Shown one piece after another: positions 53,856 through 63,933 of a stretch of 64,000 nt of DNA. This DNA is from a virus. The stretch lies in IMG/VR virus record IMGVR_UViG_3300042565_001021, positions 64,001 to 128,000 of that record. One strand, given 5' to 3'. The notes under the pieces were generated by a model. That model ran no database searches and was not told the origin of the DNA. It saw only the letters and a list, made by a program, of their open reading frames with translations. Numbering within the stretch: position 1 is the first letter of the stretch; each line of letters opens with the position of its first letter. The translations under genes were made by a program, and so were the position numbers.

Positions 53856-54170
53856 ATGGCAAGAGCACGTAAAGCCCGCAGCGACAGAAACCACATGCTG
53901 TATGTCTTGACTAACGTGGTTACTGGCGAGCAGTATGTGGGCCTCACAGTAGGCGACACGCAAAAGGCGCTTAAGGTTCGCGTTCAAAAACACATCCGCC
54001 GCGCACTGACAGAAGGCCGTAACTGGACACTGTGCAAAGCGATCCGCGAACACGGTGCTAAAAACTTTGAAATGGGCATCCTGCAAGTCGTGCGTGGTAA
54101 ATTACTAGCGCATCGTACAGAGCTCGAGATGATCCGCGTTAACAACCCTGCGCTGAACACCGCCAAGTAA
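53856..54170 (+). CDS. stand-alone small GIY-YIG nuclease
   Basis: LYVLTNVVTGEQYVGLT...R..KH...E......P.LN. Confidence 0.8.
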   Translation: MARARKARSDRNHMLYVLTNVVTGEQYVGLTVGDTQKALKVRVQKHIRRALTEGRNWTLCKAIREHGAKNFEMGILQVVRGKLLAHRTELEMIRVNNPALNTAK

Positions 54171-54181
54171 GGAGCAGCAAA

Positions 54182-54376
54182 ATGACAGACGTTACCAAAA
54201 TCGACTACCGCAGCTTGAGAATGCTGGGTACGGCACACCTGCGCAGCAACCTCGAAAACCTCGAAGCTGTGCTGGCCGAGGGCGAAAAGGTTGACATGCA
54301 ACTGGTACGCGAAACGCGCCTCGAGCTGCAACGGCGCAGAGACTACCCGCAGTTCAGAGCCCCGACACGTTTTTAA
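54182..54376 (+). CDS. hypothetical protein
   Basis: AAGGAG SD. Confidence 0.6.
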   Translation: MTDVTKIDYRSLRMLGTAHLRSNLENLEAVLAEGEKVDMQLVRETRLELQRRRDYPQFRAPTRF

Positions 54377-54386
54377 GGAGTTATCA

Positions 54387-54650
54387 ATGAATACTGCTAT
54401 ACGAGAGCTGGTTGTCAAGGCATTGCAAGAAGTTCCGTACGAAAAAATTCAACCGCCGCTTTCATCCTCGGTTGAATACGACGAAATTTACATACCGCTC
54501 GTATTCGCAGAAAAGTTCGCTGAGCTTATTGCCAGAGAATGTTTAGCTGTATGCGACAGCGTTGAAGCTGACGAAGAACTGCCCGGGTTGGGCAACGGTG
54601 CATTAGTTTGTGGCATCGAAATTCGAGCAAAGTTTGGGATTAAAGAATGA
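54387..54650 (+). CDS. hypothetical protein, 'FAELIV.EC' family
   Basis: FAEKFAELIAREC...KFGIKE. Confidence 0.7.
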   Translation: MNTAIRELVVKALQEVPYEKIQPPLSSSVEYDEIYIPLVFAEKFAELIARECLAVCDSVEADEELPGLGNGALVCGIEIRAKFGIKE

Positions 54651-54996
54651 ACGACACCAACAAGCCTCAAAAGGCAGAGAACGGCAAAAAGGTCGCAGTC
54701 CAAAAGTATGCGACTGATACCTGTAACCATTCGTTCAAGCTTGTTTATACAGCTCCGCACGGACGCTGGTCCGCTTACAAGTGCGAAGTGTGCGGTTTGC
54801 AAAAAATATTCGATACAGTGAGTTAAGAAAAATGACCACGTTGCGTGAAATCATCGAAGGGTTTGAATACGACTTGTCGGAATATGAAAGCCCGGGTGGT
54901 TACCAGGACGCGGAATACTATGTGCGTTGCCGGGCAAAGGCAGACCTGCTCGAAGACGTTATCCGCACGTTGAAGGATTTCGAAAAGGAACAGAAA

Positions 54997-55355
54997 TGAC
55001 AGTTCAAGACACAACCAGCCCGGCATATATGTATGCTCGGCGCAAAGAAAAGGAAGCAAAAATGACAACCAAGAGATACACAAACGACGCAAGCCACAGC
55101 CGGTTCTACGTGTTTCGGCACAAGACGGTCGACGGGGTGCAAACGATGGAACACGCTCACAACGACGGCGATCCCGAACATGACTTTGTTTGGAAGAACG
55201 GCTTCTTCACCGCAGAATTGTTTGACGAAGTTACTGCTGATCAAGTTGCTTTCAATGCTGCCCGCGTTGGCCGGGAATTGAAGGACGGCTTCACTTACTG
55301 TATAGGTAAGGTGTTCGTTGAAGTAGACGGGCATTTCCAGATCCAGGTGTTCTAA
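54997..55355 (+). CDS. hypothetical protein
   Basis: ORF in + strand operon; start uncertain. Confidence 0.5.
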
Positions 55356-55517
55356 CATGAATATCTGGATCGTAGTAGCCGGCGTATGCATATTTATCAT
55401 CTCTGTCTTTATCTTTGGCTTCATTGTTGGGCGCGAGTACGAAAAAGATAAGCAGCCACCAGTAGCAAGCAAAAACGACAGAGATGACTTTAGTCAGTTT
55501 CCACCGAGGAGAAACCA

Positions 55518-55934
55518 TTGAAAAAGCCAATCGGCGGATGCCGTACTGATGGACACAGCGGCTTGTGGTCAAACGTGGCTGCTAACGTAACTATTACACG
55601 ACTCGAAATACCGTACCTAGACGGAGAGTCGCTGTTAGATTCCCGTTTTGGCGAGCTGCGGGTGTATTTTGACGAGTCCTGGGATACGCACAACGACGGC
55701 CTGATCTACACTGACAAAACCTGGATAGCTGACTTCCGTGCTCTGCTCGTTAAGAAAGGCTTCTCAGCACGGGCCGCAGAGGCAATCGAATACAGCGAAG
55801 CAGGAATGCAAGGAGACGAATACGTTAGCTTAGACATTGGTGATCCGTTCATTATCGAATGCGATACATTTATCAACTTTACTAACGGCAACAAACCCAA
55901 AGGTGTTACTGTTGAGGTAACGGCGTTCGACTAA
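55518..55934 (+). CDS. hypothetical protein
   Basis: G.WS...FGELRVYFD..W.....GLIYTD...YSEAGMQGD.YVSLD. Confidence 0.7.
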   Translation: MKKPIGGCRTDGHSGLWSNVAANVTITRLEIPYLDGESLLDSRFGELRVYFDESWDTHNDGLIYTDKTWIADFRALLVKKGFSARAAEAIEYSEAGMQGDEYVSLDIGDPFIIECDTFINFTNGNKPKGVTVEVTAFD

Positions 55935-55955
55935 GCATCCAGAGATAAATAATGA

Positions 55956-56729
55956 ATGCGAGCAAACGAATTCATCATTGAAGGTCCTGTAGCACCAGTT
56001 TCCCAGGACAAAGAACAAATATTTAAACAGGTCTGGAATCACGAATTTGAAGAGCCAGGCAACCTGTGGGACGATCACGGCTACGATCGCCCTGAGGATA
56101 TAGAAAACCCATTTACGATAGACAATAAGCTTAGGCACGTCGGTACTGGTGCCGAAGCGGCAGTAGTTCGCTACGACGACGCAAACTCAGTATTTAAAAT
56201 CATTGGTACTTATCAACAGCTTGGGCAAAATGCTCATCTCCAGTACCTGTTAGCAACTAAAAAGTATGCTGGGTCAAATCCTTACCTCCCAAGAATCCTA
56301 AGCTTTAACGAAGTCCCGCAGATTTCAGGTAAGAACAAAAGCGTAAAAGGGTATGCTGTCAGGATGGAACGTTTATTTCCTTTTGACACCTCTTACAAAG
56401 GTGCGGCTACTCCAGAAATGGAGATTATGCTACAGAAAATATTCGGACCCGACTTTGTATCATACATGGAAAACACTAACCATTTTACCCGATACATCAA
56501 ATACGCCATTAACGGAAAATTAGCTTACTTAGTAATTGATCCGCAGTTCAAACAAGCAGCAGAACTTATTATCGCAGTAGCAAAGCAGATGGATTCGCAA
56601 TACGATGTTGATACTCTAATAGACTTACACATCGGAAACATAATGATTCGCCCGACTAAGTTTGGACCACAGCTTGTATTGTCTGATCCGTTATATAACG
56701 GCGGCGAACACCTAAGAACATCATCATGA
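55956..56729 (+). CDS. putative capsid-internal protein kinase-like enzyme
   Basis: TAAATA upstream; leader MRANEFIIE; VGTGAEAAV, VFK, NPYLPRI, DLHIGNIM, SDP. Confidence 0.78.
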   Translation: MRANEFIIEGPVAPVSQDKEQIFKQVWNHEFEEPGNLWDDHGYDRPEDIENPFTIDNKLRHVGTGAEAAVVRYDDANSVFKIIGTYQQLGQNAHLQYLLATKKYAGSNPYLPRILSFNEVPQISGKNKSVKGYAVRMERLFPFDTSYKGAATPEMEIMLQKIFGPDFVSYMENTNHFTRYIKYAINGKLAYLVIDPQFKQAAELIIAVAKQMDSQYDVDTLIDLHIGNIMIRPTKFGPQLVLSDPLYNGGEHLRTSS

Positions 56730-57907
56730 ATCTAAATCAAATCAGACCACAATTTGTTATCGTGATAGGAGGCGCGGGATCAGGCAAAAATTACTTTATT
56801 TCAAATGATCCTACCTACTCAAAGTTTTTACTCGTTGATGTAGATGCTATAAAAGGCGAGCTCGGTGTTGGCCCAGCTATTTCCGCAATTAAGCCAATGC
56901 TCGAAAAAGCCTTTGCCGAAAAGAAGAACGTAGCTCACCCAACAACTGGCACGAACCTAAAGGCACAGCAGAACAAGTTAGCTCTCGCACAAAGGAACGG
57001 ATACTCAACGACCATAGTATTAGTTGATACTCCAATTGACCAAGCAATAGCGCAAGTGCGGAAACGCTACAGAGAAGGCGGACACGACGTCGCGCTTGAC
57101 AAGATTGTTAGTTCAAACAAGTTAGCCCGAGAGAACTTCGAAGCTCTTAAAGGGTTAGCTGATAACGCAATTGTAACAGGTAACGAGACTAACGAAGCTG
57201 CTCTTCCGTATGCTGACCCGGCAGAGCAGGCCAAATACCAACGGGTGTGGCATGCCGACCGAATTTCGGACCCAGCTGATTTTTCATCCTCTTACTACAA
57301 TAAATCTAATCCGTTTCTGACTCCGGCGCACAGAAAGATTCACGACGACGGATACGAGCTACTAGGGTCGGGGGTAGAAGCAGTAGTTGTTCGCAAACCA
57401 GGTGACAACTCGGTTGTTAAGATATTCGGAACGGAGAAAGCAATTAGAGACTGCGCAGCTATGCAATACCTTTTACTGAGCCGAAAATACTCTAACGTTA
57501 ATCCTTACTTCCCTAAGATAACTTCAGTTCAACAAGTCAAAGCACCTGCAGCAGGTAACATAATGTTCGCTATTCATATGGAACATCTGACAGAGTCAAT
57601 GAGTGCAAACGGGTTTGATATAGAGGTAATTTTTAAAACAATCTTTACAGACCAATACTTAGAGCGATTTACAGGCGTTGCTTCTAAGGGTATCGCAACT
57701 CAATTAGCGTATGCTGTTAGTTCAGCTGTAGACGGGACCATACATCCTACTAAAATAAAAGACCGGAATTTCCTTAATGCTGCTGCGCTAATCAACAAAG
57801 TTTATAGAAAGAGTGACGCCGGAATCGACTTACACAGTGGTAACATTATGATTCGTTACTCTGACGTTGGTCCGCAGTTGGTAATTACCGATCCAGTAAT
57901 TGATTAG
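56726..57907 (+). CDS. zeta-toxin-like P-loop kinase fused to protein kinase-like domain
   Basis: GGAGSGKN, R...GGH.V; then LGSGVEAVV, VVK, NPYFPKI, DLHSGNIM, TDP. Confidence 0.75.
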   Translation: MNLNQIRPQFVIVIGGAGSGKNYFISNDPTYSKFLLVDVDAIKGELGVGPAISAIKPMLEKAFAEKKNVAHPTTGTNLKAQQNKLALAQRNGYSTTIVLVDTPIDQAIAQVRKRYREGGHDVALDKIVSSNKLARENFEALKGLADNAIVTGNETNEAALPYADPAEQAKYQRVWHADRISDPADFSSSYYNKSNPFLTPAHRKIHDDGYELLGSGVEAVVVRKPGDNSVVKIFGTEKAIRDCAAMQYLLLSRKYSNVNPYFPKITSVQQVKAPAAGNIMFAIHMEHLTESMSANGFDIEVIFKTIFTDQYLERFTGVASKGIATQLAYAVSSAVDGTIHPTKIKDRNFLNAAALINKVYRKSDAGIDLHSGNIMIRYSDVGPQLVITDPVID

Positions 57908-58131
57908 TGAATGGTGTGTTCGTAGATTTGGTTTGGGTGTTCGATACCAAACACCTTACAAATCTCTTTTACGGATTCCGGAAGTTCCATACAATGTTCA
58001 GGCATAAAGACGGACTTTAAGTTTCCGTCTGCGTCAAGAATGAACCCGTAGTCCTCAGAAGTAATCTCATCATCGTCTATTAGGTCTGCGTCGACTTCTT
58101 CAAACTCTACTGTTGCTGATTTGTTGGACAT
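57904..58131 (-). CDS. acidic hypothetical protein
   Basis: EDYGFILDADGNLKSVFMP. Confidence 0.65.
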   Translation of the reverse strand: MSNKSATVEFEEVDADLIDDDEITSEDYGFILDADGNLKSVFMPEHCMELPESVKEICKVFGIEHPNQIYEHTIH

Positions 58132-58774
58132 TGACTACTCCTTCGATAGTGATGAACCGCTTATAGTACTTTAGGACGTTCTCAAGAAGGTGCCTAACTA
58201 CTATGTGATTTGCTCCGAACGCTTCTACGTAAGACTTGTATAAAGCGGTCTTTACTACATTCTTTCCGGATATCTTCTCCGGACATTCCTTTAAGAAAAT
58301 CTCTGCTGCGATGCTGTATCCGTATGCTTCTATTTCGTCTGTGCTACCTAAATACTCTTGATTCTCGCGCAAGGCTTTGTCTTCTTTAGCACTAACAAAA
58401 AAGGTAGGTCCAAGATCAAAGTCTCTTGCCCTGTACTGCTCTTGGTGTACTAGTTCGTGTCCGATACATTCAACTACGCAAAGAGAAATAGACGGCCAGT
58501 CAATATCTTGGAATCGAATAGTTTTTTGTTTAGGTGAATATGTTACATAGATGCTAACTGATGGCAAACCTGCTTGATCCTCAAACGGATCATACAATCC
58601 GCCTATTACAATATCGTTCTTATCTACTTTGCTATCTCGTTTAGTAAACAAACGAATCTCGTCGGTGCCTACTACTTTGCGCATCTTTTTTGTTAACTCA
58701 GTGACAGCCATCCTGCTCGTCGTTAACGAACCTAATTCCAACATCTTAGCGTAGCTGTCACGAATTGGTATCAC
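58100..58774 (-). CDS. HExxH metalloprotease-like protein
   Basis: GHELVHQEQ...YL...DEIEAY. Confidence 0.7.
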   Translation of the reverse strand: MIPIRDSYAKMLELGSLTTSRMAVTELTKKMRKVVGTDEIRLFTKRDSKVDKNDIVIGGLYDPFEDQAGLPSVSIYVTYSPKQKTIRFQDIDWPSISLCVVECIGHELVHQEQYRARDFDLGPTFFVSAKEDKALRENQEYLGSTDEIEAYGYSIAAEIFLKECPEKISGKNVVKTALYKSYVEAFGANHIVVRHLLENVLKYYKRFITIEGVVNVQQISNSRV

Positions 58775-58782
58775 ATAATTAC

Positions 58783-59418
58783 TTATCTCTTTCTGTAAAA
58801 GATGTGGTCGTCAATTTGCGTAACGAAATGAAGTTGCTTACCCCAGGACGGAGAGACGTACGATGCGTGATAATTAGTAGCACCTTCAGTGATATCTACT
58901 ATCATTTCTTTCTTAGAAAGAAGTTCGGTTGCTGCTTTCACGCTTTGCGTCCAGGTAACGCTGTTCTTGTCAATACCTTTTCTGTTATCTTCGCAGAGCC
59001 ACGAGAACTGGCACACAGTCGTCTTCAGACTGTTTACCCCTTCATAAATAACACCACAGACGGTATTTGGGTAACCAGGTGCTTTCGCCCGGTTTAAGAC
59101 TACTTGGCCTACTGCCAGTTTCCCGACATAGCTTTGATTACCTGCCTCGTAGTAAATGTTCTCAGACATACACTTCAAGTCATCTTTCGGAACTTCGATT
59201 ACTTTCGGCTTGTTATCTGAAAACTGCTTTGTTACTGAGTCAATTTTGCTCTGTAACGATACTGATTCTAATAGTCGATTAAACGAGTAGCTAGTGCTTT
59301 GCGTAGTAGTCTCGATATAAGTTTTAATAGTGGCCTGCTTAGCCGACATCGAGAAAAATACAACTAACCAAACGAGTATTGCAAACGACAACTTTCCTTG
59401 GAATATACTTCGTTCCAT
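58783..59418 (-). CDS. cell wall hydrolase (SleB/Hydrolase_2)
   Basis: CMSENIYYEA, AVGQVVLNR, CQFSW, TEGATNYHA.YV.P.W, HIFY. Confidence 0.9.
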   Translation of the reverse strand: MERSIFQGKLSFAILVWLVVFFSMSAKQATIKTYIETTTQSTSYSFNRLLESVSLQSKIDSVTKQFSDNKPKVIEVPKDDLKCMSENIYYEAGNQSYVGKLAVGQVVLNRAKAPGYPNTVCGVIYEGVNSLKTTVCQFSWLCEDNRKGIDKNSVTWTQSVKAATELLSKKEMIVDITEGATNYHASYVSPSWGKQLHFVTQIDDHIFYRKR

Positions 59419-59537
59419 GTTGGGTCTCCTTTTTGCGCTTCGTTTCAGGTATTTTAACCTGTTTGTTATTTACTTCATACAATCATATATTATAGTAGCA
59501 CATAACTACTAAATTACCTAGTATTTTGGCTAGGTAA

Positions 59538-60485
59538 CTACGACAACAACGGTGGTAAATTCTCTCCGTTTGCACCTCCGTGGCTATAAGGCGGGCCACC
59601 TGTGTAGGTCCACATTGTTTTCGCCCCACCTCTTGGCGCAGTTTTGTAAGATACGTGTACCCAGCCTACTCCGGATGATCCTGACCGTTCGTAAATTACT
59701 TGCGTAAATGGCAATCCGGAATCTACTATCCATTTGAACATTTCGATTGTTCCGTTTACGCTTCCTGCTACTTGTATATCGGCAGCAAGCCCAAGTCCGT
59801 GGTCGGTATTGCCTTTTCCTCCAGACACTGGTCGCCAGCCACTTGTGATCGAAAACTTATGTGCGGTGTATATCGGGTCTAATATCGCTGTGCACAACGA
59901 TGCCCAATTACAACAAATCTGCTTGGCTGTTAAACCGCGTTGAGCTACTGGAATACCTTTACAGTCAGCTAGTTTAAAATACTTACTAACCGGTATCCTT
60001 GTTTCCTGAGCAGTAATAACATCTGGAAACTGTTCGCACCCTACAGGGTCAGGAACAGGAGCAACTGGTGCGCCTGCTTGCGGTTCGGTACTCATCGCCG
60101 GTGATGCTACTTCTTCAGCGGCCGAAGCTTTAACTTGCGCTTCTGGCGTGTTATCGTACACGGTGGCCCCTCCTACTAGGTAAACTCCTGGTTCTACTAC
60201 TGCGAATACTGGAAATGGACTGTCTCCAACAAACACATTAGGTGAACCAGTAGTTGGGTGACCACAAGTTGCTACGTCACCCAATCGACTAGTTGGAATG
60301 CCATTTGTTATGACCACCGGAGATCCAGTAGCCATAACTGGAGATTGATGTTTTCCTTTTCCGTGCGGAGCAACTGGGTCTCCGATGCGAGCCTGCTGGG
60401 CTCCATTAGTGGTAACGTTCGACGATCCAACTAGGATTACACCACCAGCAACATCTATTCCTCTACGCGCAGCTCCTCTTGACAT
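59538..60485 (-). CDS. PAAR domain fused to peptidase M15 domain
   Basis: ARIGD..H...H...GS..V..NG...RLGD..CGH..GS.NVF; then SKYF.L, ITSGWR, H..G.AADI, WVHVS. Confidence 0.8.
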   Translation of the reverse strand: MSRGAARRGIDVAGGVILVGSSNVTTNGAQQARIGDPVAPHGKGKHQSPVMATGSPVVITNGIPTSRLGDVATCGHPTTGSPNVFVGDSPFPVFAVVEPGVYLVGGATVYDNTPEAQVKASAAEEVASPAMSTEPQAGAPVAPVPDPVGCEQFPDVITAQETRIPVSKYFKLADCKGIPVAQRGLTAKQICCNWASLCTAILDPIYTAHKFSITSGWRPVSGGKGNTDHGLGLAADIQVAGSVNGTIEMFKWIVDSGLPFTQVIYERSGSSGVGWVHVSYKTAPRGGAKTMWTYTGGPPYSHGGANGENLPPLLS

Positions 60486-60487
60486 GA

Positions 60488-61111
60488 TCAAGAGTAATCG
60501 TCGTAACTACTAACAGTCCCGCCGCTACTTACAATGTTTCCAATGTTACTATAATGTGAAGAGTCATATGGGAGAGGAGTAGGATCTGTCATTTCTGCCT
60601 CTACATCTGCTAGCTCTCCGGACTTTCGTAGTGCGTTTATCGTAGCAGCACGATCAAGAGCATAGATGTCACTGTTACTGCTTACTGTAACAATTCCATA
60701 ATCTTCGTTTGACGCTCTGTCTCGTATATCTTGTATATCTTTGCTTATCACTATTTGAGTACCGTGGATCAATGCTACGTTACTATTAAGCGACACAAAA
60801 TCACTGTGGATCAATGCTACGTTACTATTGAGTTGGGCGTCGGATAGTTCTTTAATTTTAGCAGACACTGACGCCGCAGCATTTTGATACGAAATAGCAT
60901 ATTCAAACTCACTACTAATAGAAGAACTAACTTCGCCAACATTGCCAATGTTAGCAAGGTTCCCTGTTACGTTAGCTAAAAACTGAAATTCGGATGAAAA
61001 CGTGTCCGGACCTATAACTGAGAAGGACGACGGGTTTCTGGCTATAGTGAATGTGCCAAACTCTGAAGTTATCGTTGCTATGTTTCCAAACTCGATATTT
61101 ACTAACGGCAT
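60488..61111 (-). CDS. hypothetical late protein
   Basis: TAAATA upstream; LNSNVALIH repeated (24-bp direct repeat at 60764 and 60806). Confidence 0.6.
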   Translation of the reverse strand: MPLVNIEFGNIATITSEFGTFTIARNPSSFSVIGPDTFSSEFQFLANVTGNLANIGNVGEVSSSISSEFEYAISYQNAAASVSAKIKELSDAQLNSNVALIHSDFVSLNSNVALIHGTQIVISKDIQDIRDRASNEDYGIVTVSSNSDIYALDRAATINALRKSGELADVEAEMTDPTPLPYDSSHYSNIGNIVSSGGTVSSYDDYS

Positions 61112-61136
61112 TAATAGATTCCTCTAGACACTATAT

Positions 61137-61451
61137 TTATACGATAATGCCTGGCTTACGAACCGTTTGAATACCAGTTGTCTTCTCACGGTAATGGTCA
61201 GCTAACTGATCAACTGTTTCGCCGTGGAGCATAACATGCTTCTTGTCAAGACGAATGTTTTTTCCTGCCTCAACTGAGAACAAGGCCGGCATTAAAACTA
61301 TTCCGTTCTGTGACGGAACAATAGCTAACGGTGTAGTGATGGTAAAGCTATCCTCGTCGTCGCTAACCACCCTGGCTACAATCTCGTCTCCGTTTAAAAT
61401 TTTAAATGAGACTATCTTCTCTGCTTCATACTTTTGTTTTTCTACTAACAT
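61137..61451 (-). CDS. Sm-like-fold phage protein
   Basis: SFKILNGDEIVARV...P...Y...TTGI. Confidence 0.7.
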   Translation of the reverse strand: MLVEKQKYEAEKIVSFKILNGDEIVARVVSDDEDSFTITTPLAIVPSQNGIVLMPALFSVEAGKNIRLDKKHVMLHGETVDQLADHYREKTTGIQTVRKPGIIV

Positions 61452-62047
61452 GGTTTTCCTTTATTTGGGTTATACCATAAGCCGGTATATGGCATTAAAA
61501 GTGAATCTTCATTCATTAAGTTCTGCGACGGATAATGATCATGTCTTTCTAGTATCCACATATATCTGTACAAGCTCGGGTCAGATTCATCTTCAGGGTA
61601 CATATCGACCCGAGTGACTGCTGGGTCAATGATACGTTCTGTCTTAGTATCAAACACCATTGGTTTCATGCCTAAGGCGGGCAACGTCTTAGTCCATAAT
61701 ACTCGACCTGCCCAAGATTGTTCGTTGTCACTTTGAATTGATTTAACGAATTTTTCCTTTACGTGCTTGTACAATTTTCCTGCCAGTTGCAATCCTTTAT
61801 ACGGGGAATAAGAAGCTACGTTCTTTGCCTGCCATACTTTACCGTTAATATGGGTAACAAAGGTCGCAATCGCAGCAATCTTCTTTTCGTCGTCAACTAA
61901 GATCAACGTTCTAACATTACCTTGTTCAGCATAGTACAAGATAAACTGTTCAAAGGATCCACGAGGAGAAGAGACAGCAAGACGCTTTTCAGCTTCGCTG
62001 TACGGAAATTCTAGATCTCCTACCATCTCTATCTCGTCGATCTTCAT
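61445..62047 (-). CDS. putative capsid-internal GNAT-like protein
   Basis: Leader MKIDEIE; PYKGLQLAGKLY, IQSDNEQSWAGRVLW. Confidence 0.65.
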   Translation of the reverse strand: MKIDEIEMVGDLEFPYSEAEKRLAVSSPRGSFEQFILYYAEQGNVRTLILVDDEKKIAAIATFVTHINGKVWQAKNVASYSPYKGLQLAGKLYKHVKEKFVKSIQSDNEQSWAGRVLWTKTLPALGMKPMVFDTKTERIIDPAVTRVDMYPEDESDPSLYRYMWILERHDHYPSQNLMNEDSLLMPYTGLWYNPNKGKPC

Positions 62048-62049
62048 TG

Positions 62050-63933
62050 TTAACCTATCTCGCAGATCCCAGACGTACATGCGAGCATCTGAGCACCTTC
62101 GACGTTATCTGTTGCTTCGAGAAATGCGTCCCAAACAATGTTTGGCATCTTAGCAGCCATTTCGTTGTATTGTTCTTCGTTGATCTCTTGGTACGGTGCT
62201 TGACGGTAGCTGTGATCAGAATGTGGTAGGAAGCTAACTCCGCCGATATCGTTAAAATTCTCGTAAACCCAGCTACCAACTTCTAACCATTCTGTTTCAC
62301 GCACATATACAGTGATAGACGGGTTATGCTCGCACCAGTGTTTCTTGAAGACCAAATAGTGCTCTAACTGCTCGATTGCGGTCATATCATTGCGGAAAAC
62401 GGCGTGATCTGGAGCCTTTTGTGGGAAAGAAAAGACCCAAGTAGAATCTGGCTTGGTCACATCATCTTCACACGGAACACCTGCGTCTTTTAGAAATTGT
62501 CCAAGCGGATCCTTCTTGTCTTGACGAACTGTGCGAACATAGTATTGTGAATAGCGGGTGTGGATTCCTGACGACGAATCAACTAATTGCGAGACTGTGC
62601 CGCTTGGTTTGATAGTTGTGATTGCTGCTGATTGATTAATGCTTAGCTTTTCTGCCCATTCTTTATTTGTGTCGATTGCTGTTTGACGTAAAATATCACA
62701 CCATTCAGCTAATAGCTCAGAACCTTTGCGCCCAGACATAATCTGGTGATCCATAATACCAGTAAGCGACACGCCCAACAATCTTTCTTCTTCGCAATTT
62801 TTTTTCCAGATGTTGCGTATATATTTGAAATCTACTAGAGTAGCTTGGAATGTGCCAAGGATTGTAGCATAGCGGACTTTGTCAATTAGACGCTCTAATG
62901 TATCGCCGTCGCGAATGATAACTTCGCTTAGATTACAGAACTCGTTTGGCCGAAGTAAGATCTCACCACAAGGATTAGTACCAAACTCAATGCCGTCTGT
63001 TTCGCGCCGGCCTGTTGCTTTTGCTTGCTTGTTAGCAGACACACGATTAAAGATACCGCGTTCGCCGGACTTGCTGTCGTAAAGTGACAGCCATTCCTTC
63101 ATAAACACGCCGATCTCTGGTTTCTCTGTATAGGCTACGCTGTTGTTCGCAAGAGCGCGGTGTTGGTAATCAACCCACCACTGTCCGTTCTTAGCGTTCT
63201 GCATACGTGTGTCGGAGAGATTTGAGAGGGAGATGAGAGCAGAACGACGGACGCCGCCTACGACAACTATCTCTCCGACTTTACACATTAGGTCGTGACA
63301 CTCTAACGAGTTTAGCTTACGACCTGCTGCATTCTTAAATGTTGCTACTGTAAATTCTAATAGCTCGTTAAGCGGTGCTGGGCCTGAACTACGACCACCA
63401 AATGTCTTCAAACGTGCGCCAGCTGGACGAAGCTTAGTAAGATCCCACTTAGGAACCTTGCCTTGATACAGCAAAGTAATCAGTTCGTGTAAGCACGTTG
63501 CCCAACCGAGCTTGCTGTCTTTGACGAAGATTGTTGTGTCTGTGTCGTAGAACTCGTCACTAATAACAGGTAGCTGATTAACATACTGTCGCTCAACGCT
63601 GAACCCCAACCCTGTGCCGTTCATGAGAATGTATAGTGCTTCACTGAACGACTTGATGTTATCTACTGCGATGTATGAGCAGTTATATCCTGAGATGTTA
63701 TCGCGCTCTAACGCTGGACCTGCTGTCATCAATGATCGCATTGATGGCATTACTTCCATGTCTAAAATGTGTGATCTAATTCCGTTGTTTAAAACTGCTG
63801 CGTATTCTGGAAACTTGCCTGTGTAAAAATCTATTAACCTCTGTACTGTTTCGTCCCAATTTTCTCTGCGACTCTTGTCATCTATAAATCGTGCGTACCT
63901 ACTCTTGTGAATGTAAAGCCGATAGTTATCCAT
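62050..63933 (-). CDS. nrdJ: class II (B12-dependent) ribonucleotide reductase
   Basis: SRYAR, MPSMR, YNC, GGVRRSALISL, TNPCGEI, TIKPSGT, C-terminal AC.SG.CE. Confidence 0.93.
   Translation of the reverse strand: MDNYRLYIHKSRYARFIDDKSRRENWDETVQRLIDFYTGKFPEYAAVLNNGIRSHILDMEVMPSMRSLMTAGPALERDNISGYNCSYIAVDNIKSFSEALYILMNGTGLGFSVERQYVNQLPVISDEFYDTDTTIFVKDSKLGWATCLHELITLLYQGKVPKWDLTKLRPAGARLKTFGGRSSGPAPLNELLEFTVATFKNAAGRKLNSLECHDLMCKVGEIVVVGGVRRSALISLSNLSDTRMQNAKNGQWWVDYQHRALANNSVAYTEKPEIGVFMKEWLSLYDSKSGERGIFNRVSANKQAKATGRRETDGIEFGTNPCGEILLRPNEFCNLSEVIIRDGDTLERLIDKVRYATILGTFQATLVDFKYIRNIWKKNCEEERLLGVSLTGIMDHQIMSGRKGSELLAEWCDILRQTAIDTNKEWAEKLSINQSAAITTIKPSGTVSQLVDSSSGIHTRYSQYYVRTVRQDKKDPLGQFLKDAGVPCEDDVTKPDSTWVFSFPQKAPDHAVFRNDMTAIEQLEHYLVFKKHWCEHNPSITVYVRETEWLEVGSWVYENFNDIGGVSFLPHSDHSYRQAPYQEINEEQYNEMAAKMPNIVWDAFLEATDNVEGAQMLACTSGICEIG

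Noticed and set aside
53856-54170. Fifth copy of the structured endonuclease leader
   Set aside because: This small GIY-YIG gene follows an early class A promoter and lacks the TAAATA plus bulged stem.
60764-60829. 24-bp direct repeat as att site or target duplication
   Set aside because: In-frame coding repeat (NSNVALIH, 42-bp spacing) with no integrase or transposase nearby.
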